Origin: an uncultured Anaerolineales bacterium
GTDB lineage: Bacteria > Chloroflexota > Anaerolineae > B4-G1 > SLSP01
DNA length: 56,343 nucleotides
Assembly (NCBI GenBank): GCA_964508025.1
Contig: CAZDSF010000004.1
Span: forward strand, 1,625-57,967
Direction: 5' to 3'
The position numbers and the translations under genes were made by a program. Below are positions 40,517 to 50,988 of the stretch, in pieces (the stretch's first letter is position 1; the number at the start of each line of letters is the position of its first letter). The notes below the pieces were generated by a model. That model was given only the letters and a program-made list of their open reading frames with translations, was not told the DNA's origin and ran no database searches.

Positions 40517-41815
40517 ATGATTATGGACGTTGCGAAGCTGGAACAGGATTTGCGCGCTTATCGCCCTAATGGCGCGACTGCGTTGCCCTCGAATTTCGTC
40601 TGGCCGCGCTACGATGGGCTATCCGTGGCAAATTTGGCGGCGACAGCGGCGCAGGCTCTCGGCGTTTCTTTGCCCGGCGCGTTGCCGCCGCTCCGTCGCG
40701 ATCTGTTAGGCGATTTGCTGGATGGCGTTGAGCGCGTGGTGTTGGTGGTGCTCGACGCGCTGGGCTGGGAGCAGCTGCAATGGGTATTGGCGCGCTATCC
40801 CGATACGGGCTTCTCGCGGTTGGCGCGGCAGGGAAGGCTATTGCCGATCACCACGACTTTCCTTTCCACTACCAACAGCGTGCTCAACACGATTTCGACA
40901 GGCCGCTCATCATTGGAGCACGGTTTGTTGGCGTATGAGCTCTATCTGCGCGAGTGGCTGATGGCGGTGGAGGCGATCTCATTTTCCACGGTCAATGCGC
41001 CTTTTGCGGGATTGTTGGCGGGATGGGGTTTTGAAGGGGAGAAATTCATTCCTGTGCCCACAGCTGCGCAGGCGCTCAAAGCGGCGGGTGTGTCCACCTA
41101 TGCGGTGACGGCGCGTCCGCTCATCGGTTCGCCGCTCTCACAGATGCAACATCGCGGCGTGGAGCAGATTCACGGCTACGGCTTCGCTTCTGAGTTCTGG
41201 TTGCTGTTGGGGCGCGTGCTGCACGAGCATCGCGGGCAGCGCTTTCTGTTGAGCGGCTATTGGAGCGGTGTGGATGGCCTGGCGCATCACTACGGGCCGC
41301 TGGATCAGACCGGCGAGTTGGAGATTCGCTCTATCGGGCAGTTGTTGGAAGCGGGCCTGTTGGAGGGGCTGGCGGCGGCGGAGCGTCGTGGGACGTTATT
41401 GTTGCTGACGGCGGATCACGGGCAGATCACGACGCCGCCGCGCGCCGCTGTGCTCTGGCAGAATCACTCCGAGCTGCACGAGGCGCTGTTCATGCCGCCG
41501 GTGGGTGAGAATCGGGTGCCGTTTTTCTATGTGCGACCGGGGCAGTACACCCGCGCGTGGAACTACTTGCATGAGCATCTGTCGCGGCAGTTCGTCTTCT
41601 TCTCGCGGCAGGCGCTCATCGAGAGCGGGCTGTTGGGGACAGGTGTACCGCATCCGGAATTGCCGCATCGTCTCGGCGACATCATCGGCATTGCGCGAGA
41701 GGATGCATACCTGGTGCGCGATCCGGCGCTGGTGCAAAAGCTGCGCGGTCGGCATGGCGGGCTGGATGCCAGCGAGATGCTTGTGCCGTTGTTGGCGGCG
41801 CGCTTGGATGCATGA
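40517..41815 (+). CDS. Alkaline-phosphatase-superfamily protein (nucleotide pyrophosphatase-like)
   Basis: VLDALG, STT nucleophile region, DGLAH, TADHG, HGG. Confidence 0.85.
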   Translation: MIMDVAKLEQDLRAYRPNGATALPSNFVWPRYDGLSVANLAATAAQALGVSLPGALPPLRRDLLGDLLDGVERVVLVVLDALGWEQLQWVLARYPDTGFSRLARQGRLLPITTTFLSTTNSVLNTISTGRSSLEHGLLAYELYLREWLMAVEAISFSTVNAPFAGLLAGWGFEGEKFIPVPTAAQALKAAGVSTYAVTARPLIGSPLSQMQHRGVEQIHGYGFASEFWLLLGRVLHEHRGQRFLLSGYWSGVDGLAHHYGPLDQTGELEIRSIGQLLEAGLLEGLAAAERRGTLLLLTADHGQITTPPRAAVLWQNHSELHEALFMPPVGENRVPFFYVRPGQYTRAWNYLHEHLSRQFVFFSRQALIESGLLGTGVPHPELPHRLGDIIGIAREDAYLVRDPALVQKLRGRHGGLDASEMLVPLLAARLDA

Positions 41816-41846
41816 TCGAAGCGATACTCTGAACAAGGAGCTGCAC

Positions 41847-42887
41847 ATGCGTGATATTCGTTTTGTGCTGGTTGGCCTCGGCAATTTGGGGCGGCGTTTT
41901 TGTGAACTGTTGGCGGAAAAAGATCCGCTGTTGCGCGCGCGTTATGGATTGGCTCTGCGCCTGGTCGGCGCCGCTGACAGCCGTGGCGCGGCCTACGCGG
42001 CTGAAGGGCTGGATCTGGCGCTGGCAGCGCAGCTCAAACGTGAGGGGCGCAGCATCGCCGACTATCCCGGCGTGGGCCATCCTGGCGAGACGGCGCTGGC
42101 GCTGGTCGCTGCCGCCGAAGCGGATTTGTTGTTGGAAGCCTCGCCGGTCAATCTGGCGCAGGGCGCAGAGCCGGGTCTGAGTTGCATTCGGACGGCGCTG
42201 CGCAAAGGAATGCACGTTTCCACGCCGAACAAAGGCCCGCTGGTTGTTGCCTTTCAGGAACTGCACGCGCTGGCGGCGCAGCACGGTGTGAAGTTGCGCT
42301 TCGATGGTACCGTCGCGGGCGGGCTGCCGGCGATCAACATCGGGCAACGTGAATTGCGCGGCGCGGCTATCACCCGCCTCGAGGCGGTGCCGAACCTGGT
42401 CACAGGGTATGTGATGGATTTGTTGACCGAAGGGGTGTCTTGGGAGGCGGCGCTCGCCCAGGCGCGCGCCGAAGGAGTCCTCGAAGCCGATGCGGCGTGG
42501 GATCTCGACGGCTGGGATGCTGCCGCCAAGCTCGTCATTTTGACCCAGGCCGTTCTCGGCTATCCGGCGCGGCTGGAGGACGTGCATCGCATTGGCGTAT
42601 CGGCGGTGGCGGTGACGGAGCTGCAAGCGGCGCGGAAGCGCGGCGCGCGTTATCGGCTCCTGGCTATCGCCGAGCGGCGTGATGGCGGCGACTGCCGCCT
42701 CTCCGTGACGCCGGTGCCGTTGCGTGCGGAGCATCCGTTGGGGAATCTGGGCCGCAAGCAGATGGGCGTGGTCTACCATACGGATATCTTCGGCAGCGTC
42801 ACTGCGATTATCGAAGAGTTGACGCCCGTGCCCTCGGCGGCCTCGATGTTGCGCGATATTCTCGATATCTATGCGCCCTCAAATTGA
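41847..42887 (+). CDS. hom: Homoserine dehydrogenase
   Basis: LVGLGNLG, TPNKGP, RFDGTVAGGLP, EGVLEAD..DLDGWDAAAK; AAGGAG RBS before 41847. Confidence 0.8.
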   Translation: MRDIRFVLVGLGNLGRRFCELLAEKDPLLRARYGLALRLVGAADSRGAAYAAEGLDLALAAQLKREGRSIADYPGVGHPGETALALVAAAEADLLLEASPVNLAQGAEPGLSCIRTALRKGMHVSTPNKGPLVVAFQELHALAAQHGVKLRFDGTVAGGLPAINIGQRELRGAAITRLEAVPNLVTGYVMDLLTEGVSWEAALAQARAEGVLEADAAWDLDGWDAAAKLVILTQAVLGYPARLEDVHRIGVSAVAVTELQAARKRGARYRLLAIAERRDGGDCRLSVTPVPLRAEHPLGNLGRKQMGVVYHTDIFGSVTAIIEELTPVPSAASMLRDILDIYAPSN

Positions 42888-42928
42888 TTTTCATCCAGGG
42901 GCTTAGGGCGGTATTGGGAGGCGTTTAC

Positions 42929-43477
42929 ATGCGGCCAGGGTGGCTGGTGGTGTGGTTATTGATTTTGGCGACGGCCTGTCGGTCCCCGGAGGTTGTCGCC
43001 CCTGTAGACGAACAGGAGGGAACCATGGGATTTACATTGACGAGTACGGCATTTGCACACGGCGAGGCGATTCCAAAGTTGTACACCTGTGATGGCAAGG
43101 ATCTCTCTCCGCCTCTGGCATGGAGCGGCGCGCCTGCCGGAACGCGCAGTTTTGTGCTCATTTGTGATGATCCCGACGCGCCGGTGGGCGTTTGGGATCA
43201 CTGGTTGCTGTTCAACATCCCGGCGACGGTGGATGGGTTGCCGGAAGGCGTGGCGGAACGCACTGATGGCAGCCTGTATGGCAAGAATAGCTGGCGGCGA
43301 CAGGATTACGGCGGGCCTTGTCCGCCTGGCGGCGTGCATCGCTACTTCTTCAAGCTCTATGCGCTGGATACGACGCTGAGTCTCCGCGCGGGCGCTTCCA
43401 AGCGGGATATCGAGCGCGCGATGGAGGGCCACATCCTGGCTCGCGCCGAGCTGGTGGGGACTTACACGCGCCGTTGA
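42929..43477 (+). CDS. YbhB/YbcL (PEBP, Raf-kinase-inhibitor-like) protein, probable lipoprotein
   Basis: DPDAP..WDHW, YGGPCPP..HRYFFKLYALD; LATAC lipobox; GGGAGG RBS. Confidence 0.88.
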   Translation: MRPGWLVVWLLILATACRSPEVVAPVDEQEGTMGFTLTSTAFAHGEAIPKLYTCDGKDLSPPLAWSGAPAGTRSFVLICDDPDAPVGVWDHWLLFNIPATVDGLPEGVAERTDGSLYGKNSWRRQDYGGPCPPGGVHRYFFKLYALDTTLSLRAGASKRDIERAMEGHILARAELVGTYTRR

Positions 43478-43565
43478 GCCGTCCATACTTTCCGAAGGCG
43501 TGTTGCGGTTTTCTTTTTCATCCTTCCGCCTTCATCCTTCATAATTTTCAGAGGAGGCTAAGACA

Positions 43566-44522
43566 ATGAAGTATCGTAATTTGGGACGTTCGAGTTTGAA
43601 AGTGAGCGCTATCTCCTTGGGGGCGTGGCTCACCTTTGGCGGCACCGAGGATATCGAAATGACCCGCGCCTGCGTCAAAACCGCTGTCGAGCAGGGGGTC
43701 AATTTTCTCGATTTGGCGGATGTGTATGCAGGCGGTGAAGCCGAGCGTGTTGTCGGGAAGGCCATTCACGACTTGGGATTGCCCCGGCATCACCTGGTCA
43801 TCAGCAGCAAGGCTTTCTGGCCCATGAGCGGCGATGTCAACGACCGGGGACTCAGCCGCAAGCATCTCATGGAATCGGTCGAAGGCTCGCTGCGGCGCCT
43901 TGGCACCGATTACCTGGATCTCTACTTCTGCCATCGCTTCGATCCAGAGACGCCGCTCGATGAAGTTGTGCGCGCGATGGATGATCTGGTACACCAGGGC
44001 AAGATTCTGTACTGGGGTACCAGTGTGTGGACTGCGGCGCAGATCGAGGCGGCGGTGGGGACGGCGTTCCGCTTCAATGCGTATTTACCGCAGGTGGAGC
44101 AGCCGCGTTACAATATGCTTGATCGCCATATCGAGCCGGAGATTCTGCCCACGGCGGTGAAGAATGGCATGGGGGTGGTGGTCTTCAGCCCGCTGGCGCA
44201 GGGGTTGCTTACCGGCAAGTACAATGAGGGCATTCCGGCAGGCACGCGCGGGGCCGATAGTCGCTGGCTTGAGGGCGATCTGACAGAGAGCAATCTCAGC
44301 AAGGTGCGCCAGCTTAGCGCGTTGGCGGAGCAGCTGGGAATCACCATGGCGCAACTCGCGTTGGCGTGGGTGCTGCGCCGCCCCGAAATCAGTTCTGCGA
44401 TTACCGGCGCGACCAAACCCCAGCACGTGCTGAGCAACGTTGCCGCTGCCGGCATCACATTGGCTTCTGATGTGCTGACAGAGATCGAGTTGATTCTGGA
44501 AAACGATCCTCTACGCCGCTAA
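43566..44522 (+). CDS. Aldo/keto reductase (Kv-beta-like)
   Basis: DLADVY, SSKAFWP, SLRRLGTDYLDLYFCHRFD, SPLAQGLLTGKY. Confidence 0.92.
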   Translation: MKYRNLGRSSLKVSAISLGAWLTFGGTEDIEMTRACVKTAVEQGVNFLDLADVYAGGEAERVVGKAIHDLGLPRHHLVISSKAFWPMSGDVNDRGLSRKHLMESVEGSLRRLGTDYLDLYFCHRFDPETPLDEVVRAMDDLVHQGKILYWGTSVWTAAQIEAAVGTAFRFNAYLPQVEQPRYNMLDRHIEPEILPTAVKNGMGVVVFSPLAQGLLTGKYNEGIPAGTRGADSRWLEGDLTESNLSKVRQLSALAEQLGITMAQLALAWVLRRPEISSAITGATKPQHVLSNVAAAGITLASDVLTEIELILENDPLRR

Positions 44523-44588
44523 CGCGATGCTTTGAGGGCGCGCCCTGTCCGCTGGACGCGGCGCGCTCTCGGCGTATAATGGGCGTGG

Positions 44589-45725
44589 ATGAAAAAGCCG
44601 GCATATCGTCATGGGTTTCGGTTGGGCATCGCGCTGCTGCTGGTCGGCGGCGCGTTGTTGCTGTTAGGCGCTTACTTCGAGGCGTTGGAGCGCGGCTCTG
44701 CGGAGATGACGCTCGGCGCGCCGCCGCTCGGCGCTGGGATGGCGGTCGCTAACAGCGCGCCGTCGCCGTCGCCCACCTTGGACCTGGCTGCGACACCGGT
44801 TGTTGACGCGCCGATTCCTGTGGAGATCACCACTCCGACTGCGACGCTTGTAGACGCCCTTGAAGACGCGGCGCCGCCGCCATCCGAGGACATCTCCTGC
44901 TATCCTTCGCCCACTATGGCGCGGCGACTGTGCGCGGGCGGCTGGCCCGTGGAACGCTTTTCACCGCTCGATGGCCGCCTGCTTGTGGGGTTGTATGGCA
45001 CGCCGATGGGGCGTGGACTGGGCATTCTGGGCACGGTCTCGCCGACGAAGACTGTGGCTTTGGCTCTTGAGCAGGCGGCAGCGTACCAGACCTTGCTTAC
45101 CGATACGCGCGTCGTGCCTTTCTTCCACATGGTCACGACCATTGCCGATCCTTATCCTGGCGAGGATGGCGATTACAATCACCGTGTGGTGACGCCGACC
45201 ATACAGCTATGGATTGATGTGGCGCGAGCGCATGGGTTGCTATCGGTGCTGGATATTCAGCCTGCCCACAGCCCTTTGCCTGTAGAGTTGGCGTATCTGG
45301 AACCGTTTTTGCATCAGCGCGGGGTGCATCTTGCTGTGGATCCAGAGTTCATGATGTTGCCGGGCGCGATTCCAGGGCAGCGCATCGGCGTGATGGATGG
45401 CGATAGCGTCAATCTGGTGCAGGCGTGGCTCTCGGAGCGCGCCTGGGAAGCAGGCGAACGCAAGTTGCTCATCATTCATCAGTTCGATGATCGTATGTTC
45501 GTCGGGAAAGATCGCATTCAATCTTTTCCTTTCGTAGAGCTGATCTGGGACGCCGATGGTTTTGGCGGGCCTTGGGCTAAGGTGGCTGATTATCTTCAGT
45601 ACGCGCAGGAGCCGGGCTTTGAGCATGGCGGTTTCAAATTGTTTTACGATTACGACACGCCGCTGATGACGCCGGCTGAAGTGCTGCGCTTACGTCCGCG
45701 ACCGGTCTTTGTCGTGTACCAATAG
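44589..45725 (+). CDS. Hypothetical exported protein
   Basis: N-terminal TM/signal, Pro/Thr-rich linker, globular domain with LDIQP..HLAVDPEF..DGFG. Confidence 0.65.
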   Translation: MKKPAYRHGFRLGIALLLVGGALLLLGAYFEALERGSAEMTLGAPPLGAGMAVANSAPSPSPTLDLAATPVVDAPIPVEITTPTATLVDALEDAAPPPSEDISCYPSPTMARRLCAGGWPVERFSPLDGRLLVGLYGTPMGRGLGILGTVSPTKTVALALEQAAAYQTLLTDTRVVPFFHMVTTIADPYPGEDGDYNHRVVTPTIQLWIDVARAHGLLSVLDIQPAHSPLPVELAYLEPFLHQRGVHLAVDPEFMMLPGAIPGQRIGVMDGDSVNLVQAWLSERAWEAGERKLLIIHQFDDRMFVGKDRIQSFPFVELIWDADGFGGPWAKVADYLQYAQEPGFEHGGFKLFYDYDTPLMTPAEVLRLRPRPVFVVYQ

Positions 45726-45743
45726 GGCGGAAGGGGTAGCTGC

Positions 45744-46046
45744 ATGAACAAGCAATTTGAAGCCGTTTACGCGGCAGTGCGGCAGATTCCGGCAGGCAAA
45801 GTGGCGACCTACGGCCAGATCGCTCGCTGGTTGGGGTGGGAGCGCGGCGCGCGCACGGTGGGCTGGGCTTTGCGTTCTGCGCCGCCTGGCGTGCCGTGGC
45901 ATCGTGTGGTCAATGGCCGCGGCGCGATCAGTATCCTGGAAGGCGCGGAGCAGCGTTTGCGTCTGGAAGCCGAGGGCGTGCATTTCGACGCTCTGGAACG
46001 CATTGATCTGCGCGTGTACGGCTTTTCGGGGCCGGTTGTGTTATGA
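45744..46046 (+). CDS. Alkyltransferase-like (ATL/YbaZ, MGMT-family) protein
   Basis: IPAGKVATYGQIA..PWHRVVN (W in place of the catalytic C). Confidence 0.9.
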   Translation: MNKQFEAVYAAVRQIPAGKVATYGQIARWLGWERGARTVGWALRSAPPGVPWHRVVNGRGAISILEGAEQRLRLEAEGVHFDALERIDLRVYGFSGPVVL

Positions 46047-46100
46047 ATGATTGCGCCTTTTTCGTTCGCGTAGTCAGAAAACCCACTTGAGGTAAATGGT

Positions 46101-46946
46101 ATGGAGTTACTTGATATCGTCAATCGTGTTGCCGTGCCCGATGCCTGGGCCGAAGGGGATAATATCCCGTGGCATGAGCCTGGGTTCAGTGAGCGGATGC
46201 TGCTCGAACATCTTTCCCAGGATCATGATGGGGCAAGCCGGCGTTATGCCATTATTGACGAGCACATCTTGTGGCTGCACCGCGCCGTGCTCGGCGCTCA
46301 GCCGACGAAAATCCTGGACCTGGGCTGCGGCCCGGGGTTCTATTCGATGCGGCTGGCGCGTTTGGGACATACCTGCGTGGGGATTGATTATTCTCCGGCT
46401 TCGGTTGCCTATGCGCGTGAACTCGCCGCCTCGGAAGGGCTTGCCTGCACGTTTGTCGAATCCGACATTCGCGCTGCGGATTATGGGGATGGCTACGGCT
46501 TGATTATGCTGATTTTCGGTGAATTCAACATCTTCAAACCGGCGGATGCGCGTCTGATTCTCAACAAAGCGCGCGCAGCATTGGCCCCGGATGGGATTCT
46601 GGTGCTCGAGCCGCATACTTTTGCTGCGGTGGAAGGATTCCAGAATGAGCGCCGGTTCTGGTACAGTTCGCATGGAGAGTTGTTTTCTGCCGCGCCGCAT
46701 CTGGTGCTCACGGAGAGCTTCTGGGATCCAGGCGAGCGCACCGCAACGCGCCGTTTCTTTGTGGTGGATGCGGCTTCTGGAGCAGTGGAGCGCTATGCAC
46801 AAAGTTTCCAGGCGTACACCGAGGAGGAGTATCGCGCGGTGTTGGCGGAATGCGGCTTTACCCAGAGCGCCTTTTTCCCGTCGCTTGGCGGCAAGCCTAT
46901 CGCCGGACAGGAGGATTACTGCGCTATCATCGCGCGCCCAGGTTAG
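46101..46946 (+). CDS. Class I SAM-dependent methyltransferase
   Basis: ILDLGCGPG, GIDYS motifs. Confidence 0.9.
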   Translation: MELLDIVNRVAVPDAWAEGDNIPWHEPGFSERMLLEHLSQDHDGASRRYAIIDEHILWLHRAVLGAQPTKILDLGCGPGFYSMRLARLGHTCVGIDYSPASVAYARELAASEGLACTFVESDIRAADYGDGYGLIMLIFGEFNIFKPADARLILNKARAALAPDGILVLEPHTFAAVEGFQNERRFWYSSHGELFSAAPHLVLTESFWDPGERTATRRFFVVDAASGAVERYAQSFQAYTEEEYRAVLAECGFTQSAFFPSLGGKPIAGQEDYCAIIARPG

Positions 46947-47025
46947 GCTCGCTATTTCTGGGGCACTTCTTCTGAAAGTGTGATAAAATAGATTACAATA
47001 TGTTTAATGCGACTACAGAAGAAAG

Positions 47026-48375
47026 GTGACAGCGATGCGAGGTTTCAAATTGGGTGTACTGGGCTTGGGGTTCTTGTTGTTCCTGGCGGCATGTAGCGAC
47101 CTCAATGCTCCCACGCTGACGCCAGCGTCGGTGTTACCGCCGACGGCGACGGCAACGCCGATGCAGCCTACGGTCACGACCGGCGCTGAGACCACTGCCG
47201 GCGTGGTGCTGATGGGGTTCACCGACGAGGGTCATGCGTTTCACGGCGCGCTGGATGCGCCGGTGGTGATCGAAGAGTTTTCCAGCTATCAGTGCCCTTT
47301 CTGTGCGCGCTATATTGCGCAGACGTATCCTTCCCTTGTGAGCCGCTATGTGCTCACCGGCAAAGTGCGTTATGTTTTCCGCGATTTCCCGCTTGCCGGG
47401 CAACTGCAATCGCAGCCGGCTGCTGAGGCTGTGAATTGCGCCGGTCAGGTTGGGGGCGCTGCCGCGTTTTGGGGGATGCATGATGTGATCTTCCGCGAGC
47501 AACAGACGTGGGCGCGGGCCAGCGACGCTAGTGCGCTTTTCCGTGTCTATGCGGAAGAACTCGATCTTGACCCCCAAGCTTTTGCCTCCTGTGTCGCTTC
47601 TCGTGAGACGCGCGCGAAGGTAGAGGCCGATGCGGCGGAGGGCGCCCGGCGCGGCGTCAGCGGAACGCCGACTTTCTTCATCAATGGGCAACGTCTTGTT
47701 GGCGCGCAGCCGCTCGAAGCCTTCACCGAGGCGATTGAGCAGGCGCTCAGCGGCACTGTTATGGCGCAGCCGACGCCTCAGACTTTCCCCACGCCTACAC
47801 CGGCGCGTATTGCGCCAGCAGAAGCAGCGTTGGCGCTTGGCTCGCCGGAGGCTCCGGTTGTGTTGGTGGAGTTCAGCGATTACCAATGTCCCTTCTGCGC
47901 GCGGCATTTCGCGCAGACGTGGCCCCAAATCAAGGCGAATTTTGTGGATACAGGCCGTGTGCGGTACATGTTCAAGGATTTCCCGTTGAGCAACATTCAT
48001 CCGCAAGCGCAAAAAGCGCATGAAGCAGCCCGTTGCGCGGGTGAGCAGGACGCTTACTGGGAGATGCACGCGCTGTTGTTCGCGGAGCAAGCGGCGTGGA
48101 GTGGGCAAAGCGATGCGGTGCAACGCTTCAAAGCTTTTGCTGCCCAGTTGGGACTCGATACCCGCGCCTTCGACGCCTGTCTGGATGAAGGTCGTTGGGC
48201 TGCGGCGGTCGCTGCGGATGTGAACGAGGGCGCGCGTTTGGGGATGAGTGGCACGCCGGCTTTTTTCATCAACGGCTATCCGGTGATTGGCGCACAACCG
48301 TATGAGCTCTTCGTCTATGCGATAGAGCTGGCGGAGCAGGGTAAGCTGGGAGACGCCTACCGTCCGCGCGAGTGA
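47026..48375 (+). CDS. Tandem DsbA/thioredoxin-domain lipoprotein
   Basis: Lipobox LAAC; two EFS.YQCPFC..FP..GTP.FFING domains. Confidence 0.88.
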   Translation: MTAMRGFKLGVLGLGFLLFLAACSDLNAPTLTPASVLPPTATATPMQPTVTTGAETTAGVVLMGFTDEGHAFHGALDAPVVIEEFSSYQCPFCARYIAQTYPSLVSRYVLTGKVRYVFRDFPLAGQLQSQPAAEAVNCAGQVGGAAAFWGMHDVIFREQQTWARASDASALFRVYAEELDLDPQAFASCVASRETRAKVEADAAEGARRGVSGTPTFFINGQRLVGAQPLEAFTEAIEQALSGTVMAQPTPQTFPTPTPARIAPAEAALALGSPEAPVVLVEFSDYQCPFCARHFAQTWPQIKANFVDTGRVRYMFKDFPLSNIHPQAQKAHEAARCAGEQDAYWEMHALLFAEQAAWSGQSDAVQRFKAFAAQLGLDTRAFDACLDEGRWAAAVAADVNEGARLGMSGTPAFFINGYPVIGAQPYELFVYAIELAEQGKLGDAYRPRE

Positions 48376-48427
48376 TTCCGTCCGGCGTCAGCATTACACT
48401 GCACTTCCAGGCGCAAGGAGGCGCCCC

Positions 48428-49093
48428 ATGGCAGAGAAGATCTCGGTGCTCTTGGTGGATGATCATGTGTTGGTGCGGCAGGGCATTCGCCGGTTCCTCG
48501 AAGGCGCTGGGGATATTCAAGTGCTGGCTGAGGCCGGCGATGGTCAGGAAGCTTTGCGGATGTTGGCGCAGTTCCAACCGGATGTCGTGTTGTTAGACAT
48601 TCACATGCCGGTTATGAATGGCCTGGAGGCGGCGCGCCGAATTCGCGCCGATTATCCTCAAGTGCGCATTCTCATTCTGACGGCTGATGATGACGACCCG
48701 CAGGTGTTTTCATCATTGGAAGCCGGCGTGGATGGGTATGTGCTGAAGACTTCTCACGTCGAGGAATTGATTCGCGCTGTGTATGCGGTTGGCGCCGGCA
48801 ATGTGGCTCTCAGCCCCCAGATTGCGACTAAGGTTGTGCGGCGTATGATGTCTGAGTCGCTAACGCCGGATGCCGGCTCGGTGGCTCCCGTTGAGAGGCT
48901 CAGCGCCCGCGAGTTGGAAGTGTTGCGCCTGGCTGCGCGGGGCATGACCAACCGCGAAATTGGACAGGCGCTTTCAATCAGTCATCGCACTGTCCAGGGA
49001 CATCTGGCAAATCTCTATGGTAAACTGGGAGTCAGTTCCCGCACCGAAGCGGTCGCAGAGGCGCTGCGGCTGGGTTGGATCAACTTTGCGTAG
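48428..49093 (+). CDS. NarL/LuxR-family response regulator
   Basis: VDDH..LLDIHMP receiver; LSARELEVL..TNREIG..ISHRTV HTH. Confidence 0.93.
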   Translation: MAEKISVLLVDDHVLVRQGIRRFLEGAGDIQVLAEAGDGQEALRMLAQFQPDVVLLDIHMPVMNGLEAARRIRADYPQVRILILTADDDDPQVFSSLEAGVDGYVLKTSHVEELIRAVYAVGAGNVALSPQIATKVVRRMMSESLTPDAGSVAPVERLSARELEVLRLAARGMTNREIGQALSISHRTVQGHLANLYGKLGVSSRTEAVAEALRLGWINFA

Positions 49094-49120
49094 ATGAATG
49101 GCGTGCATCGGTTATCAGCA

Positions 49121-49154
49121 AGCCCGCACCCCGCCATTTGGCGGGGTGCGGGCT
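49121..49154. terminator. Perfect 15-bp stem-loop between convergent genes
   Basis: AGCCCGCACCCCGCC-ATTT-GGCGGGGTGCGGGCT. Confidence 0.7.
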
Positions 49155-49363
49155 GCGCTATTTGGCGCTTACAACAGCATTGAATTTTGGCTATACTTTC
49201 GATAAGTGGGATGGAAGAGCGCGATCGCACGTATATTGTGGGTCAAAGATACTGTTGGATGACAGAGCGCGTTCTTCAGAAGGCGCCGTTGCTGATCTGG
49301 ATACTGGATACTGGGGAACAGCAATGGCGCCTTTTCGTTTGTCACGATTCGAGTGCAACGGGT

Positions 49364-50767
49364 CTAGTCCTGTACAGCTTTCAGGGTTTCTCGAATGCGC
49401 GTTGCGAGCGCCTGCGCCCGCAACGGCGCATCGCCGACGTATTCAGCCGCTTGCAAGGCCGTGCTGATGGCTTCTGCGGAGAGGTATTGTCGCAGCGCCG
49501 GATGCGTCGGCAGGTGTTGCAGCAGTGGATTCTCCTCTCCCGCTTCGACTTTCTCCCAGGCTTGTAATGCGGCTTCGCGCAGTACGCTGTGCATCACCTG
49601 CCGGTCGGCCCCCGCCTGCACCAGGCGCATCAACAGGGGTTCGATTCCCGCAAACGGCCCATACTGGGCTAACGCGCGGGTGATGGCTGTGGCGTTGACC
49701 CGCAACCCGTGCACCAGTCGTTCGAGGCCGCACAGCAATTCATCGGCGGTAAGGAAGGCTTCGGGCAGTAGAATTCGACGATTCGCCGAGTCGTCGAGGG
49801 TGCGCTCCAGGAGCGACTGCGCGGCGTTGTCCCAAGCCACACGGGGCAACTGCGCTAGATAGCGCGCCAGGCTATCCAGCTTTTCGGCCTCGATGGGATT
49901 GCGCTTGAAGGGCATGGCTGAGGACCCAATCTGTTTGGCGCCGAAAGGCTCAGCCCATTCACCCAGGGCTGGATGTTGCAGCACGCGCAGATCCATCGCA
50001 AAACGGTAGACGGTGCTGCTTAATCCTGCCAAGCCGTTGAGGATGGCCCAATCTTGCCGACGCGGGTAGGTCTGGTTGGCGAGCGCCCACGCGGGCAGAG
50101 CCAGTTCTGTCATCACCTCGGCTTCGAAATCGGCGGGTGTTGTGCGACCTTCCAACAGCAGCGCATACGAGGCTGACGTGCCCACCGCCCCTTTGAAGCC
50201 CTTGCCGCGCCATGCGCCTCGCAGCCGTAGCAGCTCGTCGTAATCTTCCAACAAATCTTGGGCGTAGAGCGCAAGGCGATACCCCAGGGTGGTTGGCTCG
50301 GCGGGTTGAAGGTGGGTATAGCCCATGCAAACTGTAGCCGCCCACTGCTCGATTTGTCCGGCAAAGGCTGTGAGTACGGCTTGCAGCCGCGCGAGGATGA
50401 GATCGAGCGCTTGCCGTACTTGCAAGGCGGAGGCGTTGTCTTTCACATCCATCGAGGTGGCGCCAAAGTGAATGATGCCGCCGCCGACGGGACACTGGCT
50501 GGCGTAGACGTGGACCTCCGCCATCACATCGTGGCGCACCTCCGCTTCGATGGCGCGTGAGCGGTCAAGGTCTACGTCTTCGGCGTGCGCTTCCAGGTCG
50601 CGGAGCTGCTCCGGCGTCACCAATCCATAGCGGCTTTGGACGCGCGCCAACGCTACCCAGATTTGTCGCCATAGGCGCCGGGTGGTTTGCTCGCTCCAGA
50701 TGCTACGCATCTCTGGGGAGCCATAACGCCAGGTGAAAGGACTCAGATAAGGATCGGGTGTGGTCAT
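49364..50767 (-). CDS. purB: Adenylosuccinate lyase
   Basis: SPFTWRYGS, HFGATSMD, GYTHLQPAEPTT, GSSAMPFKRNP; AGGAG RBS before 50767. Confidence 0.92.
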   Translation of the reverse strand: MTTPDPYLSPFTWRYGSPEMRSIWSEQTTRRLWRQIWVALARVQSRYGLVTPEQLRDLEAHAEDVDLDRSRAIEAEVRHDVMAEVHVYASQCPVGGGIIHFGATSMDVKDNASALQVRQALDLILARLQAVLTAFAGQIEQWAATVCMGYTHLQPAEPTTLGYRLALYAQDLLEDYDELLRLRGAWRGKGFKGAVGTSASYALLLEGRTTPADFEAEVMTELALPAWALANQTYPRRQDWAILNGLAGLSSTVYRFAMDLRVLQHPALGEWAEPFGAKQIGSSAMPFKRNPIEAEKLDSLARYLAQLPRVAWDNAAQSLLERTLDDSANRRILLPEAFLTADELLCGLERLVHGLRVNATAITRALAQYGPFAGIEPLLMRLVQAGADRQVMHSVLREAALQAWEKVEAGEENPLLQHLPTHPALRQYLSAEAISTALQAAEYVGDAPLRAQALATRIRETLKAVQD

Positions 50768-50988
50768 AGCACTCCTACTACGAACTATTTTCATCACCAG
50801 GGCTGTGTCGCAGGTTCGGTCACGCTCCCCTTATGCCGAGTGTAGCACAAGCTGCGCTGAAGCGCAATGCAAAGTCCGGCGCGCTTTACAATGCCCTTTG
50901 CTAACTTGATTGAAAAGCATTTTTACCTGGACTGCATTTTCTTTGGAATGCATTTTGACTCACGTAAAAAACGGGTTATAATCTGAGT

